From: an uncultured Clostridia bacterium
Lineage (GTDB): Bacteria; Bacillota; Clostridia; TANB77; CAG-508
Reading direction: 5' to 3'
Length of the DNA stretch: 64,000 bases
Assembly: GCA_947623595.1 (NCBI GenBank)
Contig: CANQHC010000003.1
Location: 4,013 to 68,012, forward strand
A model generated the notes under the pieces. That model made no database searches and had not been told where the DNA came from. It was given only the letters and a program-made list of their open reading frames with translations. How positions within the stretch are numbered: the first letter of the stretch is position 1; every line of letters starts with the position of its first letter. The position numbers and the translations under genes are program-made. Of the stretch, positions 62,720-64,000 are shown piece by piece.

Positions 62720-64000
62720 TTAATTATCTTCAAGTTGGTACTCCTTTAGCTGTGTATTAGTAAATAAACTTCCTACTCTTTTTGCAAGACTTCTTATTAC
62801 TTCTATAATATTTTTTGGTTCATCAAGATCATCTAATTCTATACCATATTTAAAATTGCTTTCATGTGCTGGCTTATAAGAAAATATTTCTGGTGGTAAC
62901 CCTATTTTTTTACCTCCATAACTTATTTCTTTATTCATATAGTCCATATACCACTTTTTTAATCCATCAAGCCTGTCTTCTTCATATGAATATTTTGCAT
63001 AATCATGAAGTTCCGGTCTTTCATATCCATATTCTTTTGCATTTCTCTCTAAAGTATGTAAAAATTCATGAATAAAAACTTCTTCAGGGAAAGTATTCAT
63101 CGTACTACGATACTCATATGCATAATTATATCCATCATCTGGCATACGTATATTAGAAAATCCTATTCCCAGATAATCCATTCCTCCTAATCCAATCCAA
63201 TCACTTACTAGAGTACTACTTCCACTTTGCTTATTTGCCATACGAAAAGCAACGTAAATATGATCATATTCGTTTTTTATAACATACTCATCTATTAAGT
63301 CTCTTACATCATTTGCTGATACATAATAACCATTTTCATCATCATAAGAAAGAGTTTTTATAGGTTTTGAAATAGTTATTGTTTCACATTCTACAGACAT
63401 TTTTCCCCTACTCATGGTTGCTATTGAGGTACTAAATCTTTCTAAATTATTTTTTATATCTTGTATATCTTTTTGTGACATTTGCAAATTAACATGTTCT
63501 TTTCTTCCTTTTATATCTACATTGACATCTATTTCTGGGAAAATGAAACATGCCATTTTCCATTTTGAATTACTATTAGCAGTTCCCTCTTCTATTTTAA
63601 AATCTGAGAACCATGCTGTTCCTTTTGATTTTTCTTCATATCCGCCCAATCTAAATCCAATATCTACCTGATTTCTATTTTTAGAATTAAAATATAAAGT
63701 AAGTTCTTGCCAATCTTCTGTTCCTGTTATACATCTTGACCTTTCTGTAGTTCCTTGAATACTAATATGAGCTCCACCTGTAGTATTTTCATCTTCATTC
63801 TCGACGTTTTCTACCTTTACTTTACATGTTACCTTATAAGGTAAATTAGGTAATACAGATATTGTTTTTGAAAACATTGCATCATGATAATCTATATTTT
63901 CAACTTTATAGCTATCCATTTCTGAACATTTTACTTTGCTGTCTCTAGTAAATATTGTTTTATTTTTTTCAGCTACGCTCTTCATGAAATCATTATAATT
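62720..64000 (-). CDS. Carbohydrate-binding-module-like domain plus zincin HEXXH protein (5' end likely beyond the window)
   Basis: [16 protein letters not shown] beta-sandwich pattern; [10 protein letters not shown]. Confidence 0.6.
   Translation of the reverse strand, partial: NYNDFMKSVAEKNKTIFTRDSKVKCSEMDSYKVENIDYHDAMFSKTISVLPNLPYKVTCKVKVENVENEDENTTGGAHISIQGTTERSRCITGTEDWQELTLYFNSKNRNQVDIGFRLGGYEEKSKGTAWFSDFKIEEGTANSNSKWKMACFIFPEIDVNVDIKGRKEHVNLQMSQKDIQDIKNNLERFSTSIATMSRGKMSVECETITISKPIKTLSYDDENGYYVSANDVRDLIDEYVIKNEYDHIYVAFRMANKQSGSSTLVSDWIGLGGMDYLGIGFSNIRMPDDGYNYAYEYRSTMNTFPEEVFIHEFLHTLERNAKEYGYERPELHDYAKYSYEEDRLDGLKKWYMDYMNKEISYGGKKIGLPPEIFSYKPAHESNFKYGIELDDLDEPKNIIEVIRSLAKRVGSLFTNTQLKEYQLEDN

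Overview
Very AT-rich chromosomal segment of a spore-forming Clostridia-like Firmicute (spoIIP, SpoIVB-like, ytxC, orphan pilin-like gene); affinity to the uncultured gut TANB77/CAG-508 group is my inference only. Most genes lie on the minus strand. Contents: rpiA, tyrS, a ribitol/glycerol wall-teichoic-acid cluster, gltX, a decayed ~4.1 kb tyrosine-integrase element in the 3' end of rlmD, a glycolipid module, a MATE gene, a GC-rich cassette next to tRNA-Leu(TAG), pgi, spoIIP, hisS, relA, recJ, a GT4/DUF4912/GH57 alpha-glucan cluster, degenerate secD/secF, tgt and queA. Main observation: five otherwise intact housekeeping genes (rpiA, tagG, rlmD, a TIGR04086/YrzE membrane gene, queA) are each broken by one extra base at an in-frame CGG. 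Reading C-GGN as Gly (+1 shift) restores a full-length protein every time. My manual scan found no other in-frame CGG in native genes, which suggests CGG acts as a genome-wide +1 frameshift or quadruplet signal in this lineage. A second recurrent pattern is a Shine-Dalgarno separated from its start codon by a hairpin (tagH, rlmD, yrzE). All calls are by eye; sequencing artefact cannot be excluded without reads.
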